In this document: piece by piece, positions 9,471 to 20,290 of the stretch
Layout of the letters: the number at the start of each line of letters is the position of its first letter
Position numbering within the stretch: the stretch's first letter is position 1
Assembly (NCBI GenBank): GCA_963843845.1
Contig: CAWJMB010000002.1
Coordinates: 64,001-128,000 of the forward strand
Direction: 5' to 3'
Length of the DNA stretch: 64,000 nt
Source: an uncultured Gemmatimonadaceae bacterium
Lineage (GTDB): Bacteria > Gemmatimonadota > Gemmatimonadetes > Gemmatimonadales > Gemmatimonadaceae
The notes under the pieces: generated by a model
The model's database searches: none
Told to the model about the DNA's origin: nothing
Seen by the model: only the letters and a program-made list of their open reading frames with translations
Made by a program: the position numbers and the translations under genes

Positions 9471-10751
9471 TCACTTCCGCGGCGCGATCCTCCACAGCTC
9501 GCCGTTCTCCTGGTCCGTGACGACGTACAGCGCCCCGTCCGCCCCCTGCCGCACGTCGCGGATCCGCTGCCGGCGGTCGGCGAGCAGGTGCTCCTCGCCG
9601 GTCACGCGCCCGTTCTCGAGCACGAGCCGCACGAGCTCCGTGTCCTTCATCCCGCCGACGAACACGCTGTTGCGCCACGCCGGGAACGCGCTCCCCGTGT
9701 ACACCTGCATCCCCGACGGCGCGATCACGGGATCCCAGTAGTAGACGGGCTGCTCGGCGCCGTCGCGCGCCGTCGTGGCGCTCGCGATCGGCTGCCCCGA
9801 ATACTCCTCGCCATACGCCTGGAGCGGCCAGCCGTAGTTCTTTCCTCGTTCGACCTTGTTCAACTCGTCGCCGCCGCGCGTGCCGTGCTCGACCTCCCAC
9901 AGCTGCCCGTTCGCGTCGAACGCCAGCGCCTGCACGTTGCGGTGGCCGAGCGACCAGATCTCGGGAAGCGCGCCGGTGCGACCGACGAACGGGTTGTCGG
10001 GCGGCGCGGTGCCGTCCGGACGGATGCGAACGATCTTGCCGAGGTGGCTGTCGAGCTGCTGGGCGTAGCGGCGCATCGGCGTGTCGGAGCGCTCGCCGAA
10101 CGAGGCGTAGAGCATCCCGTCGGGGCCGAACGCGAGGCGTGAGCCGAAGTGCTTGTCGCCGTCGTAGGCGGGGAGCACGCGGAAGATCACGCGCACGTCG
10201 CTCAACCGCGTGCGGTCGGACGAGAGCACGCCGCGGCCGATGCTCGTGCCGTTGCCGCCGTCGCGCGCCTCGCTGAAGCTCCAGTAGATCGTGCGGTCGC
10301 TCGCGAAGGTCGGGCTCAGCGCGACGTCGAGCAGCCCGCCCTGCCCTCGGCTGACGACCGGAGGGACGCCGGCGATCGGGGCGCCGATCTGTCCGCTCGG
10401 CGACACGACGCGCAGGTTGCCGGCCTTCTCGGTCACGAGCAGCGCGCCGTCCGGCAGCGGCTCGACCGCCCACGGCTTCGCGAGCCCGCGCGCGACCACC
10501 GTGACGTCGTACGCGACGTTCGACGTGACGCCGCACGCCCGGGTCTGCGCGGCGAACGCCGGGCGCTGGTCGGGAGTGTTCGCGGCGCGCGTCTCGAGCG
10601 GCGTGCACGTGGAGGCGACCTCGCCGCCGCCGGCGGTCGCCGGCGTCGCTGGCGCGGGCGGGGTGCGCGTGGTCTCCGGCGTCTCGGCGCGGTCGCGGCA
10701 GGCCGCGGCGAGGGAGAGGGCGAGCAGCAGCGTGAGTCGAGAAGTTCGCAT
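9471..10751 (-). CDS. PQQ-dependent glucose/sorbosone dehydrogenase family lipoprotein
   Basis: GQGGLLDV, HFGSRLAF, GHRNVQ, EHGTRGGDELN, NYGWP; lipobox LAAA-C. Confidence 0.92.
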   Translation of the reverse strand: MRTSRLTLLLALSLAAACRDRAETPETTRTPPAPATPATAGGGEVASTCTPLETRAANTPDQRPAFAAQTRACGVTSNVAYDVTVVARGLAKPWAVEPLPDGALLVTEKAGNLRVVSPSGQIGAPIAGVPPVVSRGQGGLLDVALSPTFASDRTIYWSFSEARDGGNGTSIGRGVLSSDRTRLSDVRVIFRVLPAYDGDKHFGSRLAFGPDGMLYASFGERSDTPMRRYAQQLDSHLGKIVRIRPDGTAPPDNPFVGRTGALPEIWSLGHRNVQALAFDANGQLWEVEHGTRGGDELNKVERGKNYGWPLQAYGEEYSGQPIASATTARDGAEQPVYYWDPVIAPSGMQVYTGSAFPAWRNSVFVGGMKDTELVRLVLENGRVTGEEHLLADRRQRIRDVRQGADGALYVVTDQENGELWRIAPRK

Positions 10752-10841
10752 GACAGGGCCGGGCGGCGGTGAGTGCAGTGCGCCGGTCTCGCGCGGGCCG
10801 AGCGGCCGGTCTCGCGGAGCGACGGGCGATCGCGTTGGGTC

Positions 10842-10880
10842 GAGCGTCTCGGACGAGCGTCTCGGACGAGCGTCTCGAAG
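10842..10880. repeat. Intergenic tandem repeat, 13-bp GAGCGTCTCGGAC x ~3
   Basis: Read directly from sequence, between divergent genes. Confidence 0.8.
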
Positions 10881-10991
10881 ACGAGCACGTCACGCACGCT
10901 CCGGGCCCGCGCGGTCCTCACCCGCCCCGATGCCGCCGAACGGTTCTCCGCGCTCGGATGTCGAACGGACGCCTCCTTCCGCGAGCCCGCG

Positions 10992-13415
10992 ATGTCAGTC
11001 CGGCCGACCGAACTGTGGAGCGACGTGCGCTACGCCGCCCGCGCCCTGCGCCGCACGCCGACGTTCACGCTGTTCACCGCCCTCGTCCTCGCGTTAGGCA
11101 TCGGCGCGTCGACCGCCGTGTTCAGCGCCGTCGACGCCGTGCTGCTCGCGCCGCTCCCCTACCCGCGCGATCAGCAGCTCGTGCGCGTCTATCAGCAGAA
11201 TGCGCCGACGAACCGCTGGACGCTCTCGGTCGTCGACCTCGAGGCGATCGAGCAGTCGAGCCGCTCGCTGTCGGCCGTCGGCGCGCTGCGCAGCACGAGC
11301 GTCGGCGTCTCGGCCGGCCGCGATGCGGAGCGCATGCCGGTCGGCTACGTCACGGCCGGTATTCTCGACGCCCTCGACGTGCGGCTCGCCGCCGGCCGCC
11401 GCCTCGCGCGCGCCGACGAGGCGCCCGGCGCCGCACCGGTCACTCTCGTCGGGTACCGATTCGCGGAGCGAGCGTTCGGAAGCGCGGCGGCGGCGGTCGG
11501 GCGCGAGATCACCGTCGACGGCGTCGTGCACCGCGTCGTCGGCGTGCTGCGCGCGCAGGACACGGCGCTCGGCGGGCGCGACGGCGACGTGTGGCCGGTG
11601 CTCCGTCGCGTCACGCCGACGCGCCGGGGGCCGAACGGGTTGTACGTCGTCGGGCGGCTCCGCGACGGGATGACGCTGCGCGACGCGCGGCGCGACCTCG
11701 CGGCGGTCAGCGTCCGCCTCTTCCCGCAGTGGCGCGCCAGCTTCCAGGACGAGCGCGCCCGCCTCACGCCATACGCGCTGCGCGACGAGATCGTCGGCCA
11801 GGCGACGCGGCCGCTGTCGCTGTTCACGATCGCCGTCGCGCTCGTACTGCTCATCGCCGTCGCGAACGTCGCGAGCCTCGGCGTCGTGCGGGCGCTGCGG
11901 CGCGGACGGGAGATGGCGCTGCGCACGGCGTTGGGCGCGTCGCAGGCGCGCCTCGCGCGGCTCGTGGTCACGGAGAGTCTGCTGCTCGCCGGCGCGGGCG
12001 GCACGTCGGGCATCCTCCTCGGCTGGGCCGCGCTGCGCGTCCTGCAGGCAGTCGCGATCGGCATTCCGCGGCTCGACACGGCTCACCTCGACGCGCGGTC
12101 GCTCGGCGTCGCGCTGCTCGTGACGGTCGTGGCGGGAACGGCGATCGCGCTCGCGCCCGCGGCGCGGCTCGCGACGGGGAGCGCGCGCGACGGGATGCGC
12201 GAGGGGTCGCGGGGCATCGGCGACAGCCGGCGCACCGACCGCATCCGCTCGGCGTTCGTCGGCGCCGAGTTCGCGCTCGCGCTGCCGGTGCTCGCGATCG
12301 GCGCGCTGCTGCTCGTCAGCGTCGCGCGCTTGCAGGCGGTCGACCCGGGCTTCGACGCGCGCGGCGTCTACACGATGACGGTCGGACTTCCGCGCACGGT
12401 CGACGACGCCGCGGTAGGCACGTTCTGGACGCGGCTCGCCGGCGTGCTCGGGGCGCAGCGCGGCGTGACGCAGGTCGCGCTCGGGACGGCGTCGCTGCCG
12501 AACGACCAGGGCAACAGCAACACGAACTTCCAGGTCGCCGACGCCCCCGTTCCGTTAGGCGCCGCCGAGCCGAACGTGTCGTGGGCGAGCGTGAACCCCG
12601 CGTTCTTCGCGGCGCTCGGCGTGCCGCTCGTCGACGGCCGGATGTTCACGCCGGCGGACACGGGGGGGAGCGCGCCGGTCGCGCTCGTGTCGCGCGCGTG
12701 GACGCGGCGCTACTCGCCGGAGCGGTCGCCGGTCGGGCGTCAGCTCATTCCGGGCGGGTGCATGGAGTGCCCGCGCACGACGATCGTCGGCGTCGTCGGC
12801 GACGTGAAGGTCGACGGCCTCCGCCTGTCCGGCGAGGCGGTGTTCGGTCCGCTCGCCGAACGGTGGCCGCGGCAGCTCCACGTCTACGTGCGCGCCGCGC
12901 CGGACGTGTCGCCCGCGGCGGTCGAGCGCGCGATGCGGAACGCCGCCCGCTCGGTCGACGGCTCCGCCGGCCTCGGTCCCGTGCGCGCGCTCGACGAGCA
13001 GGTCTACGCGTCGATCGCCGCGCCGCGCCACTCGGCGTTCATCCTCTCGGCGTTCGCGGCGGCGGCGCTGCTCCTCGCGGCGGTCGGCATCTTCGGGCTG
13101 CTGTCGTACTCGGTCGCGCTGCGGCGCCGCGAGATCGGCGTGCGCATGGCGTTAGGCGCCTCGTCGTCGCACGTCGTCGGCACGATCGTCGGCGGCGGGA
13201 TGCGGTGGGCCACGGGCGGCGCGATCGTCGGGCTCGCGCTGACGGTGCTCGCGGCGCGGTGGGTACGCGGCGCGCTGTTCGGCGTCAGCGCGGTCGATCC
13301 CGTGCTGCTGATCGGCACCGCGGCCGCGCTACTCACCGTCGCGCTCGTGGCGGCGTGGCTCCCGGCTCGGCGCGCGGCGTCGGTCGATCCGCTGGAGGCG
13401 ATGCGGCCGGAGTGA
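10992..13415 (+). CDS. Duplicated orphan ABC permease (ADOP, MacB/FtsX-like)
   Basis: DVRYAARALRRTPTF...LALGIGA; RRREIGVRMALGA; PARRAASVDPLEAMR. Confidence 0.92.
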   Translation: MSVRPTELWSDVRYAARALRRTPTFTLFTALVLALGIGASTAVFSAVDAVLLAPLPYPRDQQLVRVYQQNAPTNRWTLSVVDLEAIEQSSRSLSAVGALRSTSVGVSAGRDAERMPVGYVTAGILDALDVRLAAGRRLARADEAPGAAPVTLVGYRFAERAFGSAAAAVGREITVDGVVHRVVGVLRAQDTALGGRDGDVWPVLRRVTPTRRGPNGLYVVGRLRDGMTLRDARRDLAAVSVRLFPQWRASFQDERARLTPYALRDEIVGQATRPLSLFTIAVALVLLIAVANVASLGVVRALRRGREMALRTALGASQARLARLVVTESLLLAGAGGTSGILLGWAALRVLQAVAIGIPRLDTAHLDARSLGVALLVTVVAGTAIALAPAARLATGSARDGMREGSRGIGDSRRTDRIRSAFVGAEFALALPVLAIGALLLVSVARLQAVDPGFDARGVYTMTVGLPRTVDDAAVGTFWTRLAGVLGAQRGVTQVALGTASLPNDQGNSNTNFQVADAPVPLGAAEPNVSWASVNPAFFAALGVPLVDGRMFTPADTGGSAPVALVSRAWTRRYSPERSPVGRQLIPGGCMECPRTTIVGVVGDVKVDGLRLSGEAVFGPLAERWPRQLHVYVRAAPDVSPAAVERAMRNAARSVDGSAGLGPVRALDEQVYASIAAPRHSAFILSAFAAAALLLAAVGIFGLLSYSVALRRREIGVRMALGASSSHVVGTIVGGGMRWATGGAIVGLALTVLAARWVRGALFGVSAVDPVLLIGTAAALLTVALVAAWLPARRAASVDPLEAMRPE

Positions 13416-13434
13416 GTGCGCGGGCTCGTGACCG

Positions 13435-13821
13435 CTAGCCGTTCACGAGCGCGTGGATGTTGCCGTCCGGGTCCTTGAACCAGGCGACGCGCATGTCGCC
13501 GGAGACGTGGACGTCGCCTTCGCGCGTCGTATCCGGCATGTCGTAGTGCTCGAATCGCACCTGCCTGTCGCGCAGCGCGTTCACGACCGCGTCGACGTCG
13601 AGCCCCGTCCACGTCGCGGCGGTCGACTGGTTCGAGCCGGCGAACGGGGACTCGTAGACGAGCAGGTTCCCCGACCCGACTCTGTACGCGGCGACGCCGT
13701 CGCGACTCCCGGCGTCGTCGCGGGTGAAGCCGAGCGTGTGCTCGTAGAAGCGTGTCGCCACCTCGAGGTTGCGGACGGGGATGGTGGCGATGGGGGTCGC
13801 CTGGGCGAGGGTCGAGATCAT
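13435..13821 (-). CDS. VOC / glyoxalase family protein
   Basis: ATRFYEHTLG...VAWFKDPDGNI. Confidence 0.88.
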   Translation of the reverse strand: MISTLAQATPIATIPVRNLEVATRFYEHTLGFTRDDAGSRDGVAAYRVGSGNLLVYESPFAGSNQSTAATWTGLDVDAVVNALRDRQVRFEHYDMPDTTREGDVHVSGDMRVAWFKDPDGNIHALVNG

Positions 13822-13949
13822 GGCGGTGAGCTCCAGTGTTGTGAGGGGCTCACCGCTGCGCGACTCGTGCCACGCGCCGAGCGGAGCGCCTGGAGCATGC
13901 GCCGCAGGCGAGCAGTGGGGCCGACACGGGGGCGAGCGTGCGGCGGTCG

Positions 13950-14984
13950 TTAGGCCCCAACTCGCCGGCGCAGCACGACCGGCAGCGCGAGCGGCACGCT
14001 GATCGCGAATCCGTCGATCCGCTCCGCGTCGCCGAGGCGCGTCACGTCGTCGGCCGTGCTCAGCAGCGCGTCGGTGGCGACGGCGAGCGCGAGTCGGATC
14101 ACCGGCGCCCCCGGACAGCCGTGCGCCCCGCGGCCGAACGCGAGATGGGCGCGGGCGCTCTCGCCGAGGTCGAGCGCATCGTCGCCGAGCGCCGGGTCGC
14201 AATCCGCCTCGGCGAGACGCAGCACGACGCGCTCTCCTGCCGCGATCCGCGCCGTGCCTAACGACAGGTCGGCCGCGGCCCGCCGGAACACCGCGCGCGA
14301 CGGGCCGGCGCGGCGCAGCAGCGCGTCGACTGCGCGAGGCATCAGCCCGCGATCCGCTCGAAGACGCCGCATCTCGGCCGGGTGACCAAGCAGCACCTGC
14401 CACGCGCCGCCGAGCACCGCCGGCAGCGTCTGCGAGAGTGCGACGAACGCCTGCACGTCCGGCCACGCGCTCGCGCCGTGCAGGTCGCGCGCGAGCGTCG
14501 CCGCGGCCGCCTGCGCGTCAGGCGCTACCGTGGCGTCGGTGGCGGTCGCCGCGGCGAGGAACAGCGTGCGCGCCGGCTCGGCGAGTCGCTCCGCGACGTC
14601 CGGCGGCGTCCCCGTCACCGTCGCCGCGACGGCGAGCGACCACGGCGTCGCGAACTCGCGCACGAGGTCGACCGGCTCGTGCGCCGGGAGCGCGTCGGCG
14701 AGCCGCCGGGCCGTCGCGGCGAGCTCGGTACGCCAGGCGGCGAGTCGCGCCGGCGACAGCTCGCGCGTCGTCGCGGCGCGCACGACGGTGTGCGGCGCGC
14801 TCGCGTTCTGCGCGCTCGCGTTCTGCGCGCTCGCGTTCGGCGCGCCGTTAGGCACTCGATCCGGCGCGCCGGTCGACGAACCAGGCGGCGCGTTGCCGAC
14901 CGTGAGTCGCGGGTCGTGCAGCGCGGCGACGACGTCGGCGTGCCGGCTCACGATCCACGCGCCGAGCTCGGGATCGAAGTACAC
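13950..14984 (-). CDS. Short, atypical cytochrome P450
   Basis: HLAFGRGAHGCPG heme-thiolate motif; W.VSRHADV N-terminal motif. Confidence 0.85.
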   Translation of the reverse strand: MYFDPELGAWIVSRHADVVAALHDPRLTVGNAPPGSSTGAPDRVPNGAPNASAQNASAQNASAPHTVVRAATTRELSPARLAAWRTELAATARRLADALPAHEPVDLVREFATPWSLAVAATVTGTPPDVAERLAEPARTLFLAAATATDATVAPDAQAAAATLARDLHGASAWPDVQAFVALSQTLPAVLGGAWQVLLGHPAEMRRLRADRGLMPRAVDALLRRAGPSRAVFRRAAADLSLGTARIAAGERVVLRLAEADCDPALGDDALDLGESARAHLAFGRGAHGCPGAPVIRLALAVATDALLSTADDVTRLGDAERIDGFAISVPLALPVVLRRRVGA

Positions 14985-14996
14985 CGCGCTCGACCG

Positions 14997-15404
14997 CTAC
15001 TTCGCCCGCATCCGGTTGTTCTTCGCGCCGTGCTCCAGCTCGCACAGCCCGAGCGCCTCCAGGAGCGGCGGCACGTACACGCCGAACCGCCCGCGCAGCC
15101 CCTTCTTGAGTCCGTACCATCCGCCCACGGGGTTCGTCGCCGCGCGCCCCCACGCCTCGACCGTGCCCTCCGTCGCCGGCTTCTGCTCGTCCGCGCCGCC
15201 GAGCGCCATCCAGTCGCCGTGCGCCGTCAGCATCGCGTGCAGGTCGTCGACGCAGCGCGCGTCGTAGTGCAGCACGGTCGAGCCGACGGTGCAGACGAGG
15301 ATCTGTCGCCCGTCCTGCTCGGCGACGTGCACCGTGTAGGCGGACGTGCCCGGCGCGGTCGTGAGCCGCCAGGGATTCGCCGTCGTACGGTCGAGTGTCG
15401 TCAT
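14997..15404 (-). CDS. Conserved-looking hypothetical protein (135 aa)
   Basis: ATG at 15404; typical codon use; NPVGGWYGLKKGLRGRFGVYVPP. Confidence 0.75.
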   Translation of the reverse strand: MTTLDRTTANPWRLTTAPGTSAYTVHVAEQDGRQILVCTVGSTVLHYDARCVDDLHAMLTAHGDWMALGGADEQKPATEGTVEAWGRAATNPVGGWYGLKKGLRGRFGVYVPPLLEALGLCELEHGAKNNRMRAK

Positions 15405-15460
15405 CCGGGCCTCGGGTGGTCGGCGGGCGACGGGATGGTACACGCCGCGGCGGCCGACCG

Positions 15461-16531
15461 TCAGGCCGTCGCCGGCGGCGCCGCGAGCGCCGAGTCCGCG
15501 TACGTCGGCGTCGACCGCAGCACCGCCCGCTCGTCGTCCGTCATGTCGACCGCGACGTCGCCGAACAGCGGCGTGCTCAGATAGCGCTCCCCCGTGTCCG
15601 GCAGCATGCACAGCACCGTCGACCCGCGCGGCGCCTCGGTCGCGACCTGCATCGCCGCCGCGAACGTCCCCCCCGACGACGTGCCGACGAAGATCCCCTC
15701 GGTCTGCGCGAGCTGACGGCTCCACCGCATCGCGTCGGCGTTCGCGACGGTGACCACGCGGTCGACGTAGTGCGCGGCGACGGCGTCGCCGGCGAGCTTC
15801 GCGATGAAGTCGGGGCTCCACCCCTGCATCGGATGCGGCTTCCACGACGGATGCCGCGACGCCGGCGTGCCGTCCGCGTGCCGCTCCTGCGCCGCGCCGC
15901 TCGCGACCATCGGCGCCTCGGCCGGCTCGGCGAGCACAATCTGCGTCTCGGGACGCTCGGCGGAGAGCACGCGGCCGACACCGTTCAGCGTGCCGCCGGT
16001 GCCGAAGCCGGTCACCCAGTAGTCGAGGCGCCGGCCGTCGAAGTCGGCGAGGATCTCGCGCGCCGTCGTCCGCGCGTGCATGTCGGCGTTCGCCTCGTTC
16101 TCGAACTGGCGCGCGAGAAACCAGCCGTGCGCCTCGGCCAGCTCGCGCGCCTTCTGCACCATCCCCGTCCCGCCCCCCGCCGCCGGCGTCAGCACGACCT
16201 TCGCGCCGAGGAAGCGCATGAGCTTGCGGCGCTCGACGCTGAACGACTCGGCCATCGTGACGACGAGCGGGTAGCCCTTCTGCGCGCACACCATGGCGAG
16301 CCCGATCCCGGTGTTGCCGCTCGTCGCTTCGATCACCGTCTGCCCGGGGCGCAGCGTGCCGTCGCGCTCCGCCGCCTCGATGATGCCTAACGCGAGGCGA
16401 TCCTTCACGGAGCCCATCGGGTTGAACGCCTCGATCTTGACGAACAGATCGACCCCCTCGGGCGCGAGCCTGGCGACGCGGACGACCGGCGTGCGGCCGA
16501 CGGTCTCGAGGATGTTCGTGTAGAGCGTCAT
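15461..16531 (-). CDS. cysK: Cysteine synthase A
   Basis: NPMGSVKDR (PLP lysine), EATSGNTGIG and GTGGT motifs. Confidence 0.93.
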   Translation of the reverse strand: MTLYTNILETVGRTPVVRVARLAPEGVDLFVKIEAFNPMGSVKDRLALGIIEAAERDGTLRPGQTVIEATSGNTGIGLAMVCAQKGYPLVVTMAESFSVERRKLMRFLGAKVVLTPAAGGGTGMVQKARELAEAHGWFLARQFENEANADMHARTTAREILADFDGRRLDYWVTGFGTGGTLNGVGRVLSAERPETQIVLAEPAEAPMVASGAAQERHADGTPASRHPSWKPHPMQGWSPDFIAKLAGDAVAAHYVDRVVTVANADAMRWSRQLAQTEGIFVGTSSGGTFAAAMQVATEAPRGSTVLCMLPDTGERYLSTPLFGDVAVDMTDDERAVLRSTPTYADSALAAPPATA

Positions 16532-16555
16532 GACGACCTCCGGGGAAGGGATCCT

Positions 16556-18066
16556 TCAGCGTGCGCCCGGCACTGCGCCCGGCACGCTCGCGGAAAGCTC
16601 GCCGGCCGGCGTCGGGTGCGCGACGAGCACCGCCGTGATCGCGAGGACGAACGCCGTGAGCGCGACCTCGATCGCCGCCGAGCGACGCATCCGACGCACG
16701 TCGCGTCCGTCCGCGACCCTGCCCAACGACGGCGTCACGACCTGCCAGTTGTACGCCCCGACCGCCGCGACGAGCACCACGGCGCCGAGCTTCCAGAGCA
16801 GCGCCTGGCCGTACTCGGTGCCCGACAACGCCGCGATGCCGCCGACGTAGGTCACGCCGAGGACCGTACCCGAGACGGCGACGAGGCTGGCGCAGAGCAG
16901 CGCGATCGGCGAGAACCCCCGCACGAGCGCGAGCAGCGCGCCCCCGCGCTCGGCGTCTGGCACCTGCCGGACGAGCGTCGGGATGCCGGCCGCGGCGAGG
17001 ACGAACAGCGTCCCGAGCCACCCGCCGGCGCCGGCGACGTGGAGCGCGTCAGCGACCATCGTCAGCACCGGCATCGTCGACGCCGCGGCGTGGCCGGACA
17101 GGCCGGGCGTGAGCGTGAGCACGAACGCGCCGGCGGCCGCGATCGGCCACCCCGCGCGTCGACCCGTCGGCTCGGGGCGCGACGCTCGCGCGACGCCCGC
17201 GACGCCCGCGTGAAGCCGGTCAGCGCGACGACCGCGGCGACGACTTGCAGCGCCCACCCCCACCCCCACACCGTGCTCGTGAGCATCGGCACGAGCGGTG
17301 CGCCGATCGCGGCCCGCTGCGCGAACAGTCGCAGCATCGCGCCGACCAGGAGGATGCCCACGCCGGCCGCGCCCCACGACGCGGCGCGCGCGCGCGCCGG
17401 CGCGACGAGCGTCGCGGTCGCGGTGCCGTCGCGCGCCACACGTTCCACGCGCGGCAGCACCGTGAAGGTGAACGCGACGGCGCCGAACACGCCGAGCAGC
17501 CCGACGGAGGTCAGCCACCGCCCCGCGATCGCCTGTGCCGACTCGGCGAGCGACGTGTCCTCGGCCGACACGAGCGGCGTCGTGTCGGCGGCCGGCATCG
17601 GCGACGTCGCCGGCGCGAGCGTCGGCGTCGACGGCAGCGCCGTGTCCGTCGCCGCGCCCGACGGAGCCGCGCCCGACGGAGCCGCGCCCGAGTCGACCGC
17701 GAACGCGAACTCGCCGCGCGTGGGGTGGCCGTCGTCGCCGGCGACCTGCCAGCGCACGGTATACCGCCCCGCGCCTACCGCGCCGACGATCGCCGAGACG
17801 ATCGTCGCCCGGTCGCGCGGCGAGAGCACGAGCGGGTCGAGCGCCACCGTGTCGCCCCGCGCGCTCACCAGCGTGACGCGCGTGAACGCGAGCGACGGCG
17901 GCTCGGAGAACGTGAGGCGCAGCTCGCGCGGCGGTTCGGCGAGCCGCCCGTTCGCGGCGGGCACCGAGCGGCGCAGGTGGGCGTGGGCGAACGCCGCCGG
18001 CACCGCGATGAGCGAGACGAACAGCGCCGCGACGACGGCGCGGCGCGCGGAAGTCAGAGCGGTCAT
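16556..18066 (-). CDS. CopC-CopD fusion copper resistance/uptake protein (frameshift near 17170-17210)
   Basis: AFA|HAHLRRSVPA and DDGHPTRG (CopC); LSGHAA, LHVAGAGGWLG and YGQALLWK (CopD). Confidence 0.85.
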
Positions 18067-18130
18067 GCCCTCCAACTTATGCCGCGGCGGGAGCGCGGCG
18101 CAGGTCGCTACGGGACCGCGGCGCAGGTCG

Positions 18131-19350
18131 CTACGGGACCCCGCGCCCCCGCGCTCGCGCCGCCGCGCTCGTCGTGTCGCGCCGCACCGGCTTCCGCGTC
18201 GTGTCGGGCACCACCCGTCCGTCGTGCGACATGCCGTCGTGCGACATGCCGTCGTGCGACATGCCGCCCGTCATGGTGCCGTACGGCATGCTCACCATCC
18301 GCCCCGTGCGGTCGTCGTGGTGCATGACCGCGCCATAGCTCACCGTCGGCGTCGGCAGCGTCGGCAGGAAGCCGACGGCGGGGCCGCCCATGTTCTCGAT
18401 CCCCATCTCGCGCGACATCGTACGCCACGCCTCGGTCGAGGCCATGACGAGCGTCGTGTCGTCGCGGAACCGTGCTGCGGCGCGCAGCAGCTCGGCGCGC
18501 TTGCGGCTGCGCGGCACGCTCGGGTTCGCGAGCACGTCGCTCACGACGTCGTGCATCGAGTGCAGGTTGTCGAAGACGATCGCCGCCTCCGGATAGCGCG
18601 CCGCGAAGGTCGGCGCGACGACGGCGGTCATCGGCATCTGGTGCGGCAGCGTGGTCGGCGGGGTGCCCAACATCTGCCAGAAGCGCGTGACCGTGGCGCG
18701 CACGCCGGCCTGCCGCGCGGCGCTGGTCGTGCCGACGAGGAGCGGCTCGTACAGCCCGACCTGCAGCCAGTGGTAGGCCCAGATCAGCCCGTTGAACTTC
18801 GGGTACGTCTTCCGGAACGCGAGCGAGTACGGCTGCTCCTGCATGAGCGCCATCGACTTCGGGCGCGCCGATGAACGCGAGGTCCGGCCGCGTGCGATAG
18901 TAGGCGACGAGGCGCGCGACTTCGCGATCCTTCGCGCGCTCGATCGAGTCGTTCGTCGGCCAGCACGTCGTAGAGCTGGCGGTGAAGGATGTGCGCCCAG
19001 TCGAACATCGTCTTCACTTCCGGAACGAGCTTCGCGTACTCGATCTCGATCGCCGACTCCTCGAGCGGCACGCGCGGCGGGCGCACGAGTACGCGCCGCG
19101 TGAGGTCCTCGTAGCGCCTCACCTCGAGCTCCGACGCCGGCGCGCTCGGCCGCGTCCACAGCGTCTCGTAGAGGATCGCGTGGCCGTAGTCGAACGCGTT
19201 GAACAGCCGGTCCGCGAACGCGTAGTCGCGGCGAAACGTCCAGTTGTGCGGCGCCTGGAGGTAGAACGTCTCGTAGGTCGTCGCCCACTGCGCGGCGGCG
19301 GGGCGCGGGGACGCGATGCCGAACGCGCCGATCGCGGCGATCGCGCTCAT
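18131..19350 (-). CDS. Secreted His/Met-rich hypothetical protein in the copper cluster (frameshifts near 18870-18940)
   Basis: Signal peptide; WAHILH and NLHSMH motifs; C-terminal (MSHDG)3. Confidence 0.7.
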
Positions 19351-19383
19351 CGTGACGGCGACGAGCGGCCTGGCGTGCGCCCC

Positions 19384-20211
19384 TCATGACCGCCACGGCA
19401 GCCCGAACGCGAGCGCCCCTCCGGCCGTGAGGTACCACCCGCGCTCGTCGCCGGTGAGCCGTCGGCCGGCCCCCGCGTCGAGCGCCCAGCGCGGCGCGAG
19501 CTGCACGCGCGTGCCGACGCCGGCGTTCCATTCGACAGGCTGGTGCGATCCTGCCGACGCGCCGTCGTCGCGCATGCCGAACGGCCGGCGCGCGTACAGC
19601 TCGCCGGTGACGAGCAGCGAGCGGAGCGGGAACGTGTGGTCGACGGCCGCCCCGGCGAGCCATCGCGACAGCTCCCCGGCGCCGCTCGCCCTGCGCGCGC
19701 TCCCGGCCGTCACCTGCGCGTTCGCGTGCACGCGCGCGAGGCGGTACGTGCGCGTCGCGATCGCCGTCAGCGACGGGTACACCCGGCCGGGCCCGAAGCC
19801 GCCGACCGGAAGCAGCACGTCGCCGCGCAGCGCGAGCGCCGGCAGCGTCGTCGTCTCGACGTTCAGCGTGTGCAGCGCCGACACGCCGACGCCGGCGAGC
19901 CCGCTCGCGCTCCGCCCCGACGGCCCGTCCGCGACGACGAACGGCAGCGACAGCTCGACCTGCGTGCGCGGGAGCAGGCCGATCGCCAGCTCCGGCTCGA
20001 GCCCCCAGCGATAGGCGCCCCCCGTCGTACGCTCGAGGCGGAGCGGCGCGGCCTGCAGCTCGACGCCGCGCCGCTCGATCGCGTACGCGTCCTCGATCCG
20101 CACGGGGCGCCGGTCGTCGGTGTTGTAGTAGTCGGTCTGCGCGCCCGACGAGCCGGCACAACCGACGAGCAGGAGCGCGACGAGTCGTCGCCTCCGAGAT
20201 ACGATGAACAC
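19384..20211 (-). CDS. Putative outer-membrane beta-barrel protein
   Basis: Signal peptide; amphipathic strands; C-terminal WYLTAGGALAF. Confidence 0.7.
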   Translation of the reverse strand: MFIVSRRRRLVALLLVGCAGSSGAQTDYYNTDDRRPVRIEDAYAIERRGVELQAAPLRLERTTGGAYRWGLEPELAIGLLPRTQVELSLPFVVADGPSGRSASGLAGVGVSALHTLNVETTTLPALALRGDVLLPVGGFGPGRVYPSLTAIATRTYRLARVHANAQVTAGSARRASGAGELSRWLAGAAVDHTFPLRSLLVTGELYARRPFGMRDDGASAGSHQPVEWNAGVGTRVQLAPRWALDAGAGRRLTGDERGWYLTAGGALAFGLPWRS

Positions 20212-20290
20212 GAGGAGCTCCAGGGCGTGTGTGAGCGAGCGCAGCCGCGCGGCGCCGACGGTCGGCGTCGGCGCACGGAGAGAGCGTGTC

